From positions 123,764,808 to 123,805,678 of the forward strand of contig NC_068984.1 of assembly GCF_001194135.2 (NCBI RefSeq): a stretch of DNA of 40,871 nt, given 5' to 3'. The position numbers were made by a program, and so were the translations under genes. Shown one piece after another: positions 1 to 10,668 of this stretch; position 1 is the first letter of the stretch; the number at the start of each line of letters is the position of its first letter. Under the pieces are notes generated by a model, which worked only from the letters and a program-made list of their open reading frames with translations, did not search any database and had not been told where the DNA came from. The DNA is from Octopus bimaculoides (lineage: Eukaryota).

Positions 1-300
1 TGTGTGTGTGTGTGTATGACGTAGTGGAAGAAATTAGTAGCAGGACTGGTTAGTGGACGCTATAGACAGTGTGGGTAGAAGGTCAACAGGTGGTTATTTG
101 AGTGTGTGTGTGTTCGTGTCTGTGTGGGGTTGTAGGTGTTGGGTACGTGTATGTGTGTGTGTGTATTTTGTATGTGCGCGTGTACACACACACATATATA
201 TATATATATATTTGTGTATGGCTATATTTATATATAAACATACATATATATATATAGATGTATACATATATATGTATGTATGTCATTCAGTTTATTTCAA

Positions 301-387
301 AATTTCTTGCCACTAGAGAAAGAACCGGTTTCTAACCTAAATCCAAGGCTCCTTCAATGGAATTTCAACATCAACCACAGGGTATTT
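301..387 (+). repeat. Dispersed ~87-bp repeat fragment, copy 1 (copy 2 at 21118-21203, minus strand)
   Basis: atttcttgccactagagaaagaaccggtttctaacctaaatccaaggctccttcaatggaattt aligns with the reverse complement of 21118-21203. Confidence 0.75.
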
Positions 388-489
388 TTTATGTATGTAT
401 GTATGTATGTATGTATGTTTGTATGTATGTTTGTATGTATGTATGTATGTATGTATGTATGTATGTACACAGACACAGACACACAGACA

Positions 490-539
<50 letters not shown>

Positions 540-550
540 CACGCATACAT
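388..550. repeat. Compound microsatellite (TATG)n/(CA)n/(TA)n, representative of dozens of similar tracts in the window
   Basis: Directly visible. Confidence 0.95.
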
Positions 551-551
551 A

Positions 552-670
552 CGAAGTGCTTCTTTCAGTTTCTGTTTACCAAATCCACTCAGAAGGCTTT
601 GGTCGGCCCGGGTTTATAGTAGAAATCAATTACCCAAGGTGCAATGCAGGACCATGTAGTTGGAAAGCAG
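552..670 (-). mobile_element. SINE family A, 5' part, diverged
   Basis: Reverse complement contains ccttgggtaa...ctactata...gggccgaccaaagcctt.tgagtggatttggta.acagaaactgaaagaagc, matching the full copy at 9971-10420. Confidence 0.8.
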
Positions 671-875
671 TGTACCCATTCTCTAGCAAAATCACTGTGA
701 CACAGTGCGTGACAAGGCTGCATCTTTTGATTTACAGGCTTCTGTACAATTTCCATCAGCTCAATTCTACTCACAAGATTCGAATCTCCTCAAGGCTACA
801 GAAAATGACATTTACCCTGGATACTGCTCTTTAGGATTGAACACGGGACCTTCTAGTTACGAAGCGAACTCCCAA
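670..875 (-). mobile_element. Diverged chimeric SINE: tRNA-like head + A-like core + B/D-type tail
   Basis: B-box-like gtgttcaatcc in 835-873; A-like core ttgtgagtagaatt...atggaaattgtacagaagcctgt; B/D tail cagccttgtcac..actgtgtcac...gggtacac. Confidence 0.55.
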
Positions 876-968
876 AGTCAATTTTCATGCGCTATTTCTA
901 CCTATCTAGTCAACGCCTACTTGGTGTTCTTTATTTGTTTAATACTCAGCCTCTATACACATCTGTGA

Positions 969-1257
969 AGGCGCGTGGCTTAGTGGTTTAGGTATTCGGC
1001 TCGTGATCGGAAGGTTCTGAGTTCAATTCCCAGCGCCGCGTTGTGTCCTTGAGCAAGAAACTTTATTTCACGTTGCTCCTGTATTTCAAAGTGCCAGCTT
1101 TGTTACACTCTGTTTCACGCTGAATCTCGCCGAGGACTACGTTAAGGGTGACGTGTCTCTGTGGAGTGCTCAGCCACATGCACGTTAATTTCACAGGTAG
1201 GCAGTTTCGTTGATCGGATGAAATGGAACCCTCATCGTCGTAACCGACGGAGTGTCA
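969..1257 (+). mobile_element. SINE family B, near full length
   Basis: A-box tggcttagtgg, B-box agttcaattcc; 3' tail shared with 16320-16629 and family D. Confidence 0.85.
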
Positions 1258-1595
1258 GCTTTAGTATACATACCTACCCAGTCAGCATCTACACACCAAG
1301 CCTCTCTATGCAGTCAACATTTATACACTATTTCTATATATCCACTTAACGTCTACACTGTGTTTGCCAATTCGGTTAACATCTATATCTACACACCATG
1401 GTTGTCTTGTTGTAATGAATTATAAATTCAGTCCATGGTTAAGAAAATTGCGTGATAACATTTAGTAATTGTTTTATTTACATTTTTTACTGGTCAATAA
1501 ATCAATATAGCTGTTATATAGCTATAACAACCGCCATAAATAGTACATGCGGCATGACGGTTCGATTTCGGCATCAAGAAAATAATACACATAAG

Positions 1596-2070
1596 TAATT
1601 GTTTCTAGTACAGGTACAAGTCCTGAGATTTTGTGGAAAGAGTTGAAGGTTAATCGATAGTATTGCAGTAGGTTCTTGACTGGTATTTTATTTCATCGAC
1701 AACCGGTGATTGAAAATTAAGTTCGACCTATGTGGGATTTGAATGCAGAAACGTAGAGCCGGAAGAAATAATGTAAGGTGACCTGAGGGTAGTAACTTTG
1801 AGAAGAGGGCGTTTGATGACACGATAGGTCCCAGTACCTAACTGGCAATTCATTTTATCGGTCGAAGAGAAATAAAAGGTAAGTTGACCGATGCAGGATT
1901 TGAACTTAGAGAGTAAAGAACTATAAAAGATTCTGCGAGACATTTGTTCAGATGCTCTAACGATTCTGCCAAGCCACCACCCTTGTAGTTGTTTCTAATT
2001 TAGGGTCAAGGTCAGCAAGTTTTAGACGAGAAGCTTAGTTGATATTATCGATTCCAAAACTTGACTGGTG
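1596..2070 (-). mobile_element. Three diverged SINE family C copies/fragments in tandem (~1596-1770, 1826-1983, 1986-2070)
   Basis: Recurring actggta...tcatcgac, ggatttgaa..cag and ctaacgattctgcca motifs as in the copy at 3688-3903. Confidence 0.65.
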
Positions 2071-2075
2071 CACGG

Positions 2076-2196
2076 TGAAAAGTGAAATGAAGTGATTTGC
2101 CCAAGAACAAACACCACGCACCATCTGGTCCAGGAATTGAAACCACGAACTCGCAATCGTGAGTGCAATATCATAACCACTAGGTCACACGTCCTC
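2076..2196 (-). mobile_element. SINE family B-type tRNA head fragment
   Basis: Reverse complement gtgacctagtggtta...ggtttcaattcctggacc...cttgggcaaatcacttcatttcac. Confidence 0.7.
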
Positions 2197-2213
2197 GACA
2201 ATGCATAAATGCA

Positions 2214-2254
<41 letters not shown>

Positions 2255-2404
2255 TACACACACACGCACTCACACACATCTATACACACATATATATATA
2301 TATAATTGGAAGAAAAAGTGAGATTAAAAATCCTGGCAGGTATCAATAAAGCACTCAGTGTATATATATATATATATACACATATGCGTGTATGCATGTA
2401 TGTA

Positions 2405-2557
2405 TATACGACGGCTTCTTTCAGTTTCCATCTACCAAACCCACTCACAAAACTTTTGTTGGCCTTGGGATATAGTGGAAGACACTCAAAGTGGCACGCA
2501 ACGAGATCAAACCCAAGGCCTGTTGGTTGGGAAGCAAGCTTCTTACCATATAGACAC
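2405..2557 (-). mobile_element. SINE family A, 5' half
   Basis: Reverse complement tggtaagaagcttgcttcccaacc...ttgtgagtgggtttggtagatggaaactgaaagaagccgtcgtata. Confidence 0.85.
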
Positions 2558-3310
2558 CCCTAATGCTATGAAATCCGGTCTTCTGTCCATCGCTGTCCCG
2601 TCTGCTATGACTACCACTGCCACAATTTCATAACTCAACATAGCTACTTTCACTTTCACTGCATCGACTCAGAAATACGTCTCCTGGGTGTAATGAACTG
2701 ATCCTTTGCTGCTCTGTGCGGGCTCCACGTTCGTCAACCACAACCAACAGTTCCAGTTGGTAACTGCTTTTACAACAGCTGTCCACTGGTGTGATTAGAG
2801 GTACTTGTTAATAAGCCGTGTGCCCGTTAATAAGCCCTCTATGCATTTGAATGGTGATGATGTTGATAAGTCGCTTGACGAAATAGACACGCTATCTTAT
2901 TGGTGCGTACGGCGATGACGCAAGAACATCCGTTAACGCCAGTCTGGTCTGCTTGGGAGGATGAACTTGGTCTGAAAGGCGATGACGTAGACACGTCATA
3001 TGACGCCAGCCTGTCTGGGCAGCTGAAAGCGTTGATGTAGACACGTCTTATGACGTCATTCTGTTTCGTGTTAGGCGGTTGTTGACTAAAACCAAACTGT
3101 TAATTTGTGAGTCCAGGCTCGAATCACTGGGCATCACAAATATAACAGCATATGGTATTCGGATCACAGTCATAAGAAACCAGGTCTGCTTTTATAGTCA
3201 TCCATTCCACATTGATTTACACGCACAGAGACACACACTCAGGCACACACAATAGATATCAATGTATGGCGTGTGTGCGTGTATGTTTGTTTGTGTGTGT
3301 GTGTGTGTGT

Positions 3311-3570
3311 AGTCGCGTGGCTTAGTGGTTCCTATGTTGCACTTACAATCTCAAGGTCATGGTTTCGTTTCTCAGACCGGCGTTGTGTGCTTGGAGAAAA
3401 CACTTTATTTCAAGTTGCTCCAGTCCACTTAGTTGCAAGTAGGTAACCTTATGACAGACTGGCAGGCTGTTCAGCGGGTGGATGTAGGCCTACCCGCCAT
3501 GCTAGAGGGGTGGCATAATTCAAAGACCAAACAATGTAAAGAAGCATATTGTGACCAGCGGTTTATTACC
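3311..3570 (+). mobile_element. SINE with B-type head and core but a different tail
   Basis: Head gcgtggcttagtggtt and core cactttatttcaagttgctccagtccactta as in family B; the sequence after this does not match the B/D tail. The 3' end is approximate. Confidence 0.6.
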
Positions 3571-3687
3571 ACATAGAATAGACTAGTCCATATAGTTGCA
3601 CACCCACACGCATATAAGTCTATATACATATGTATACATACATATACTCATAAACATATGTATGTATTAATGTTTGCTTTTTGTTAT

Positions 3688-3903
3688 AATCCTTTCTATC
3701 ATAAGCACAAGGCCGGAAATTTTGGGGGTGGAGGCTAGTCGATTACATCGACACCAGTGCGTAACTGGTACTTATTTCATCGACTCCGAAAGGATGAAAG
3801 GCAAAGACGACTTCGGCAGGATTTGAAATCGGAACGTAAGGACGGACCAATTGCCTTTAAGCATTTTACCCGGCGTGCTAACGATTCTGCCAGCTCGCCG
3901 CTT
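3688..3903 (-). mobile_element. SINE family C, full length
   Basis: Reverse complement gcggcgagctggcagaatcgttagcacgccggg...cctttcggagtcgatgaaataagtaccag...ggccttgtgcttatgatagaaaggatt. Confidence 0.85.
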
Positions 3904-4066
3904 CGTTTTATGATATAATAAAACCAACTTTTCTTTAAACTGAAGAATTACTTAACGCTTATGGTAAAGTACGAATTTATCACTGTTTAACAAGAATAGT
4001 ATAAACTGTTACTCCGAAGATTCGGCTGGCTACGAAATTTTGCGCCTGTGTCTGTATATACTTGTA

Positions 4067-4524
4067 CCGTAAATCCTCGAATATAGTCCGCCCTTGAGTA
4101 TAATACGCAGGGGAGTTTTACGGGTCTGTACCTCTGATAAACCTAAACCTTGTGTATAATACGCACGCCTTCTCTAACTTGAGTCCTTGGTTTGTAAACG
4201 TATATACGGTACCGTCCTTTATTATTATTGTATGTGTAACATAATGCAAACGTGTAGCTTTTTTGTGCACTTTGCAGAAAATATAGAAATATCAGTAATA
4301 ACGTCAGTGGAAAATAAATATTAAATAAATTGCCTTTACATATTTATCACTATCAGTTACAGGCCCAACATCACAAAATGCGTCTGAATAAACATTGCCG
4401 GACAAAAGACTCGGACATTACTTAGAAAATATTTTTCATTTTCAACCTTGTATATAGTACGCACTAGAGATTTTGACCTTTAAATTTGGTAAAAAATATG
4501 CGGATTATATTCGAGGATTTATGG
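4067..4524. mobile_element. 458-bp MITE, Tc1/mariner-pogo (Tc2-like) type
   Basis: 25-bp TIRs ccgtaaatcctcgaatatagtccgc (4067-4091) and 4500-4524 match at 23/25; TA on both sides (4065-4066, 4525-4526); no ORF. Confidence 0.85.
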
Positions 4525-4550
4525 TATGTATGCATATATATATATATATA

Positions 4551-5458
4551 NNNNNNNNNNNNNNNNNNNNNNNNNNNNNNNNNNNNNNNNNNNNNNNNNN
4601 NNNNNNNNNNNNNNNNNNNNNNNNNNNNNNNNNNNNNNNNNNNNNNNNNNNNNNNNNNNNNNNNNNNNNNNNNNNNNNNNNNNNNNNNNNNNNNNNNNNN
4701 NNNNNNNNNNNNNNNNNNNNNNNNNNNNNNNNNNNNNNNNNNNNNNNNNNNNNNNNNNNNNNNNNNNNNNNNNNNNNNNNNNNNNNNNNNNNNNNNNNNN
4801 NNNNNNNNNNNNNNNNNNNNNNNNNNNNNNNNNNNNNNNNNNNNNNNNNNNNNNNNNNNNNNNNNNNNNNNNNNNNNNNNNNNNNNNNNNNNNNNNNNNN
4901 NNNNNNNNNNNNNNNNNNNNNNNNNNNNNNNNNNNNNNNNNNNNNNNNNNNNNNNNNNNNNNNNNNNNNNNNNNNNNNNNNNNNNNNNNNNNNNNNNNNN
5001 NNNNNNNNNNNNNNNNNNNNNNNNNNNNNNNNNNNNNNNNNNNNNNNNNNNNNNNNNNNNNNNNNNNNNNNNNNNNNNNNNNNNNNNNNNNNNNNNNNNN
5101 NNNNNNNNNNNNNNNNNNNNNNNNNNNNNNNNNNNNNNNNNNNNNNNNNNNNNNNNNNNNNNNNNNNNNNNNNNNNNNNNNNNNNNNNNNNNNNNNNNNN
5201 NNNNNNNNNNNNNNNNNNNNNNNNNNNNNNNNNNNNNNNNNNNNNNNNNNNNNNNNNNNNNNNNNNNNNNNNNNNNNNNNNNNNNNNNNNNNNNNNNNNN
5301 NNNNNNNNNNNNNNNNNNNNNNNNNNNNNNNNNNNNNNNNNNNNNNNNNNNNNNNNNNNNNNNNNNNNNNNNNNNNNNNNNNNNNNNNNNNNNNNNNNNN
5401 NNNNNNNNNNNNNNNNNNNNNNNNNNNNNNNNNNNNNNNNNNNNNNNNNNNNNNNNNN
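4551..5458. other. Assembly gap, largest of 14 N-runs (others near 7480, 9177, 10155, 11161, 12346, 13885, 17610, 21238, 22839, 25431, 28306, 30452, 36510)
   Basis: N characters; most gaps abut microsatellites. Confidence 0.99.
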
Positions 5459-5521
5459 GTGTGTGTGCGTGTGTGTATATATATATATTGTGTACATGAT
5501 ATACATCTATATGCATGTGCA

Positions 5522-5583
<62 letters not shown>

Positions 5584-6124
5584 CATTTATATATTCGGTG
5601 GAACTATGACCGTCAAAATAAATAAATAAATGAATGAATAAATAAATAAATAAATAAATAAATAGACAAAATCAAACTAGCAATGCGCTTTGCGACACAC
5701 ACCATATTTTCCGTTCATTCCTCTATAATAACGAAGCATAAATATTCGCTTGTGCAGTAAAACTGCCCGAGTCGGAGCCGATAGATAAAACAATACATAA
5801 TATCATATGACAGTATTACATCCACATTGTTTTTTTATTTCTATTTTATTTCTATTATTCTTTTTATTCATTGTTTTTGTTTGTTTGATTTACGTTAGTT
5901 TTACGTAAGTTTTATGTTATTTTTAATGTTTCGCTTTGCTTTTTTATGGTAAATTATTTTTGTCATTTATTTTGTTATGGTGTTTTTTTTTATTCTCAAT
6001 TGGGAAATCTGTTGATAATTGCTAAATGCAGCAGGAAAAGGAAAGAAAGAAGCAATAAAATGAATATAAATCAATAAATATATAACATATGTGTGTGTAT
6101 GTGTGTATGTATGAGTGCGTATAC

Positions 6125-6164
<40 letters not shown>

Positions 6165-6318
6165 GTGCTTAGAGACACACACACATACATACACACATGT
6201 ACACATAAGAGGTGGTATGTGTGTGTATGTATCTATGTATGAATTTATGTGCATGAACTTATTCACACATACATATATAAATTTATATACAATATGCATT
6301 TATATACATTCATATATA

Positions 6319-6384
<66 letters not shown>

Positions 6385-6400
6385 TGTGTTTGTGCTTATG

Positions 6401-6432
<32 letters not shown>

Positions 6433-7928
6433 TGTATACATGTATATACATATGCAAATATATATATATTTTTGCATATGTATATACATGTATATATATG
6501 TTTATATATATATATGCATATATGTATACATGTATATACATATGCAAAAATATATATATATCCCAATCTGTATGTACACGCTTACATATAGAGGTACACA
6601 CACACACATACACACGCACCACATACATATGTAGCGACACTCATGGAGACATACACATCTATCTATATATATATCTATATATACAGAACTAGTTACACAG
6701 CGCACCAGCCGGAGCACACATATTCACCCACACAAACACACACACATTCAGACTCATTCACACACAAGCACACGCACACACAGACACACAAAAACACATA
6801 CACATACACACACGCACTATCATATTCATATACGATGAGGAACAAAAGGCGTTATACCACAACAAGATAGCTGGAGTAGCGTTCCGCTAGTATCACCACG
6901 TCCTAAATGAGAATAATGCAGTAACATTATTGACTATATATAATAAATAATTCAGCTAAACAATTTAGTCTTCTTATCTAAGCTTCAGTTAACCATTTCA
7001 CATTTTTGTTTTTATTAACTCTAACCTATTCTCGTCACCAATTCAAATTCATAGCCACAATACTGCAAAATATGGTTATAATCAGCGATTTTATATTCTT
7101 ATTTGTAGTATTTCTACGTACTTTTCTATGGTTGCCAGGGAAATTTCTTCTAATATTTCATTCTTAAAGTTTATAGTACTGTATTTATATGCTATATTTA
7201 AATATATATAAATATCACTATTGTGTTATTGTGTTTAGAAATTGGTTTGATACATATTTTGCTGTTTGGGCCAGAATATTATAAAGAAGAATAAGAGGTA
7301 CATGTTTTTTTTCCAGCAGCCATTTCGTAGTTCGAGATAGAATATAAAAATATAACAATGCATTACAATACAATATGATCATATATATGTGTGTGTGTGT
7401 GTGTGTGTTTGTATTTATGTGCATATATATATAATGTATATATGTATTTAAGTACATATATATATATATATATATATATNNNNNNNNNNNNNNNNNNNNN
7501 NNNNNNNNNNNNNNNNNNNNNNNNNNNNNNNNNNNNNNNNNNNNNNNNNNNNNNNNNNNNNNNNNNNNNNNNNNNNNNNNNNNNNNNNNNNNNNNNNNNN
7601 NNNNNNNNNNNNNNNNNNNNNNNNNNNNNNNNNNNNNNNNNNNNNNNNNNNNNNNNNNNNNNNNNNNNNNNNNNNNNNNNNNNNNNNNNNNNNNNNNNNN
7701 NNNNNNNNNNNNNNNNNNNNNNNNNNNNNNNNNNNNNNNNNNNNNNNNNNNNNNNNNNNNNNNNNNNNNNNNNNNNNNNNNNNNNNNNNNNNNNNNNNNN
7801 NNNNNNNNNNNNNNNNNNNNNNNNNNNNNNNNNNNNNNNNNNNNNNNNNNNNNNNNNNNNNNNNNNNNNNNNNNNNNNNNNNNNNNNNNNNNNNNNNNNN
7901 NNNNNNNNNNNNNNNNNNNNNNNNNNNN

Positions 7929-7966
<38 letters not shown>

Positions 7967-8030
7967 TATGGAAGAAGGAAAATGTACAGTTTACATAGTT
8001 CTGATATATTTTATAAGTGAAAGAGTATTG

Positions 8031-8063
8031 TGTTTGGCGACCGGTTCCGCCTTCGCTAATCAT
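8031..8063 (-). ncRNA. Possible heavily decayed hammerhead ribozyme remnant downstream of a Penelope GIY-YIG fragment
   Basis: Minus strand ttagcga-a-GGCG-gaaccggt-CGCC-aaac: stem II intact, both core boxes mutated. Confidence 0.25.
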
Positions 8064-8338
8064 GACATCGAAATTATTGTAAGTTCGTATTTTCTTAAGA
8101 AGATTCTAGCCCATGTTGTGTGTGGAGAAGTTTGTGAATGAATGATTCAACCACTAGAAAAATCTAAAGGGAGGTAATTGGTGATCGTTATTGTTGGAGA
8201 CAGGGGAGGTAATTGCCCAACTTACGAGGAGGGGATAAATAAATATATATACAAAAACTCAAAAGCTAAAGTAGTGAGATGTATTATGTACAGTGATGGA
8301 TATTTGATCATGAATTAAAATATATACTGAAACCAAGC

Positions 8339-8625
8339 TTATACATTCATATTTAAACGTGTTCTGTATTTTTCTATGAACAAATTTTCTTTATCTAAAC
8401 GTTCTTGTACAGAAATTGATTCTTGGCACTGGCAAATGGGGAAAACTATGAAGTTTGGTTGGATATTACCTGCACATCTCTCTATGCGTTTACTCAAATG
8501 AACCTGTCGGTATTGCGGGAATCGGATCTGCTCCTTATGTAGTGTGGTTCTCCGTCTCAGTGTCATACTTGGCTGTCCTATATAATTATGTTCACGCGCC
8601 TTTACATACATACAGGGATATTTGA
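8339..8625 (-). mobile_element. Penelope-like element remnant, GIY-YIG endonuclease domain
   Basis: ORF 8339-8611 reads ..NYIGQPSMTLRRRTTLHKEQI..KENLFIEKYRTRLN, fitting the YIG-x-T, R..H, E and terminal LN pattern of PLE GIY-YIG domains. Confidence 0.8.
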
Positions 8626-8963
8626 ACTATTCCCATCAAAATATCTATCAAGTGTAAACATAACGGGCCGGATATTGTTGCTTGGGATGGACAAGAAAAT
8701 GTATGTAACATCATAAAGGTCAGCTGCTTTGCTAATGTTGATATCTTTCTGAAAAGCAGAGAAAGAAGATAACTATGGACAAGTGTTCCGAAAGCTCCAG
8801 CTTGTATATTCTGGTTATGAATTCATTTTTAAACCAATAATTATTGGTGCACTTGGTTTTGTGAGTAAATGCCTAAGTGACAATCTGGGTAAGCTAGGGT
8901 TTTCAAAAAAAGAAAGCAACCAACTCAGACATTACGAATACATCTCAATGACGGGGCATTGTA
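8623..8963 (+). mobile_element. R4/Dong-like non-LTR retrotransposon 3' remnant (restriction-like endonuclease domain), frameshifted
   Basis: My translation: TIPIKISIKCKHNGPDIVAWDGQENVCNIIKVSC, frameshift, EDNYGQVFRKLQLVYSGYEFIFKPIIIGALG. The HN.PDI and PI.IGALG motifs are typical of R4-clade RLE domains. Confidence 0.8.
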
Positions 8964-9176
8964 AGGCGGTAAGCTGACAGAAACATTAGCGCACCGGGCG
9001 AAATGATTAGCAGTTTCCCGTCTGTCTTCATGTTCTGAGTTCAAATTCCACCGAGGTCGAGTTTGCTCTTCATCCTTTAGGAGTCGATAAGATAATTACC
9101 AGTTGAGCACCGGGGTCAATGAAATCGACATATCCGCTTCTCCGAAACTGCCGGCCTTGTGCCAAAATTTAAAAGT
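8964..9176 (+). mobile_element. SINE family C, truncating the R4/Dong remnant
   Basis: ggcggtaagctgacagaa...gagttcaaattccaccgaggtcga...ggccttgtgccaaaattt. Confidence 0.85.
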
Positions 9177-9276
9177 NNNNNNNNNNNNNNNNNNNNNNNN
9201 NNNNNNNNNNNNNNNNNNNNNNNNNNNNNNNNNNNNNNNNNNNNNNNNNNNNNNNNNNNNNNNNNNNNNNNNNNNN

Positions 9277-10668
9277 TCTGGTTAATACAACATATGGTCT
9301 TCCGATTTGGCTGTAACTGTGAATCTCTGACGAGCTACATTTGTTTTTAATCCCATTGATTGAGTTACAGCTATATTTGATCCCCTGATCTCATATGACA
9401 CGTTGATCTCCTAAACTGTATAAAACAGTCTCTGATTTTCAGATCTGGATAAAACTGTTTCTGATCCTCGGATCTGTTTACAAAAGCTTTTGAACTTCTC
9501 AACTGGCAAAACAATTTGTGATGCTTTGATTTGGATACAACCCACTCTATTACTCTTATTTTGCTACAACTGTCTTTGATCATTTTGATCATCTAATTTG
9601 GTTAAACTGTCAGTAATAATCTGATCTAGCTACGATTGCCCCAGATCCTTTTATTTGACTACAAATATCTCTGATCCTGTTGTCTGTCTACAAATGTCTG
9701 GTAATCTGTAAAGGCTGCAACAACCTCTGATTCACCTAACTGTCTGCAACTCTGTCTGATTCTCCTATCTGGCTACAACTGAATCTGGGTCTCTGATCTT
9801 GCTATAAAATCATCTGATCCTTTGATTATGTTACACCATCTGATTTGCTGACCAGGCTTCAACAATCTTTCAGCCGCTGACCTGGCCACAATTGAACCTA
9901 TTCCTCTACCTTGATTTTGAATGTCTCTGACTCTCTTAATTAACTATAACAGATACTTATCCCCTGAATTGGTGGCTGTGTGGTAAGTAGCTTGCTTACC
10001 AGCCACATGGTTCCGGGTTCAGTCTCACTGCGTGGTACCTTGGGCAAGTGTCTTCTACTATAGCCTCTGGCTGACCAAAGCCTTGTGAGTGGATTTGGTA
10101 GACGGAAACTGAAAGAAGTCCGTCGTATATATGTATATATATATATATATATATNNNNNNNNNNNNNNNNNNNNNNNNNNNNNNNNNNTATTTATATGTG
10201 TGTGTGTATATGTTTGTGTGTCTGTGTCCCCCCCCCCCAACATCGCTTGACAACCGATGCTGGTGTGTTTACGTCCCCGTAACTTAGCGGTTCAGCAAAA
10301 GCGGCCGATAGAATAAGTACTAGGCTTCCAAAGAATAAGTCCTGGGGTCGATTTGCTCGACTAAAGGCGGTGCTCCAGCATGGCTGCAGTCAAATGACGG
10401 AAATGAAACAAGTAAAAGAGTCTTTTGATTCTCTAATCTGGTTGCAACAACCTCTGATCTCCTGATTCGACTGCAAGAATCTCTGATCACATGATCTGGT
10501 TACAAATATCTCTCGTCATACCATTTGACCACAAATGTCTCTGACCTACAACTGTTACTGATCATCTAATCTGGATACAATTGTCCTTGGTTTGTCTTAT
10601 GTTGCTAAAATAACCTCTGAATCTTTGATCTGGCTACAACTAGCTCTGAATTTCTGAAATAGCTTCGA
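9277..10668. repeat. Degenerate ~29-bp tandem array (roughly 30 units) split by a SINE
   Basis: Units such as tggataaaactgtttctgatcctcggatc (9446-9474), tgactacaaatatctctgatcctgttgtc and tggttgcaacaacctctgatctcctgatt; approximate consensus TGGCTACAACTGTCTCTGATCCTCTGATC. Confidence 0.8.
9971..10420 (+). mobile_element. SINE family A, full length, with internal (TA)n/(TG)n
   Basis: A-box tggctgtgtgg, B-box gggttcagtc; ends ...gctccagcatggctgcagtcaaatgac..aaacaagtaaaagag. Confidence 0.9.

Noticed and set aside
969-1045. tRNA genes at SINE heads
   Set aside because: A and B boxes are present, but I could not fold a full cloverleaf and each head continues into a SINE body.
4464-5629. Long ORFs of 330-380 aa, and similar ones across the other gaps
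   Set aside because: They consist of X residues from N-runs plus microsatellite translations.
9277-10668. CRISPR-like reading of the periodic array
   Set aside because: Units are contiguous and divergent with no unique spacers, no cas genes, and the context is eukaryotic.
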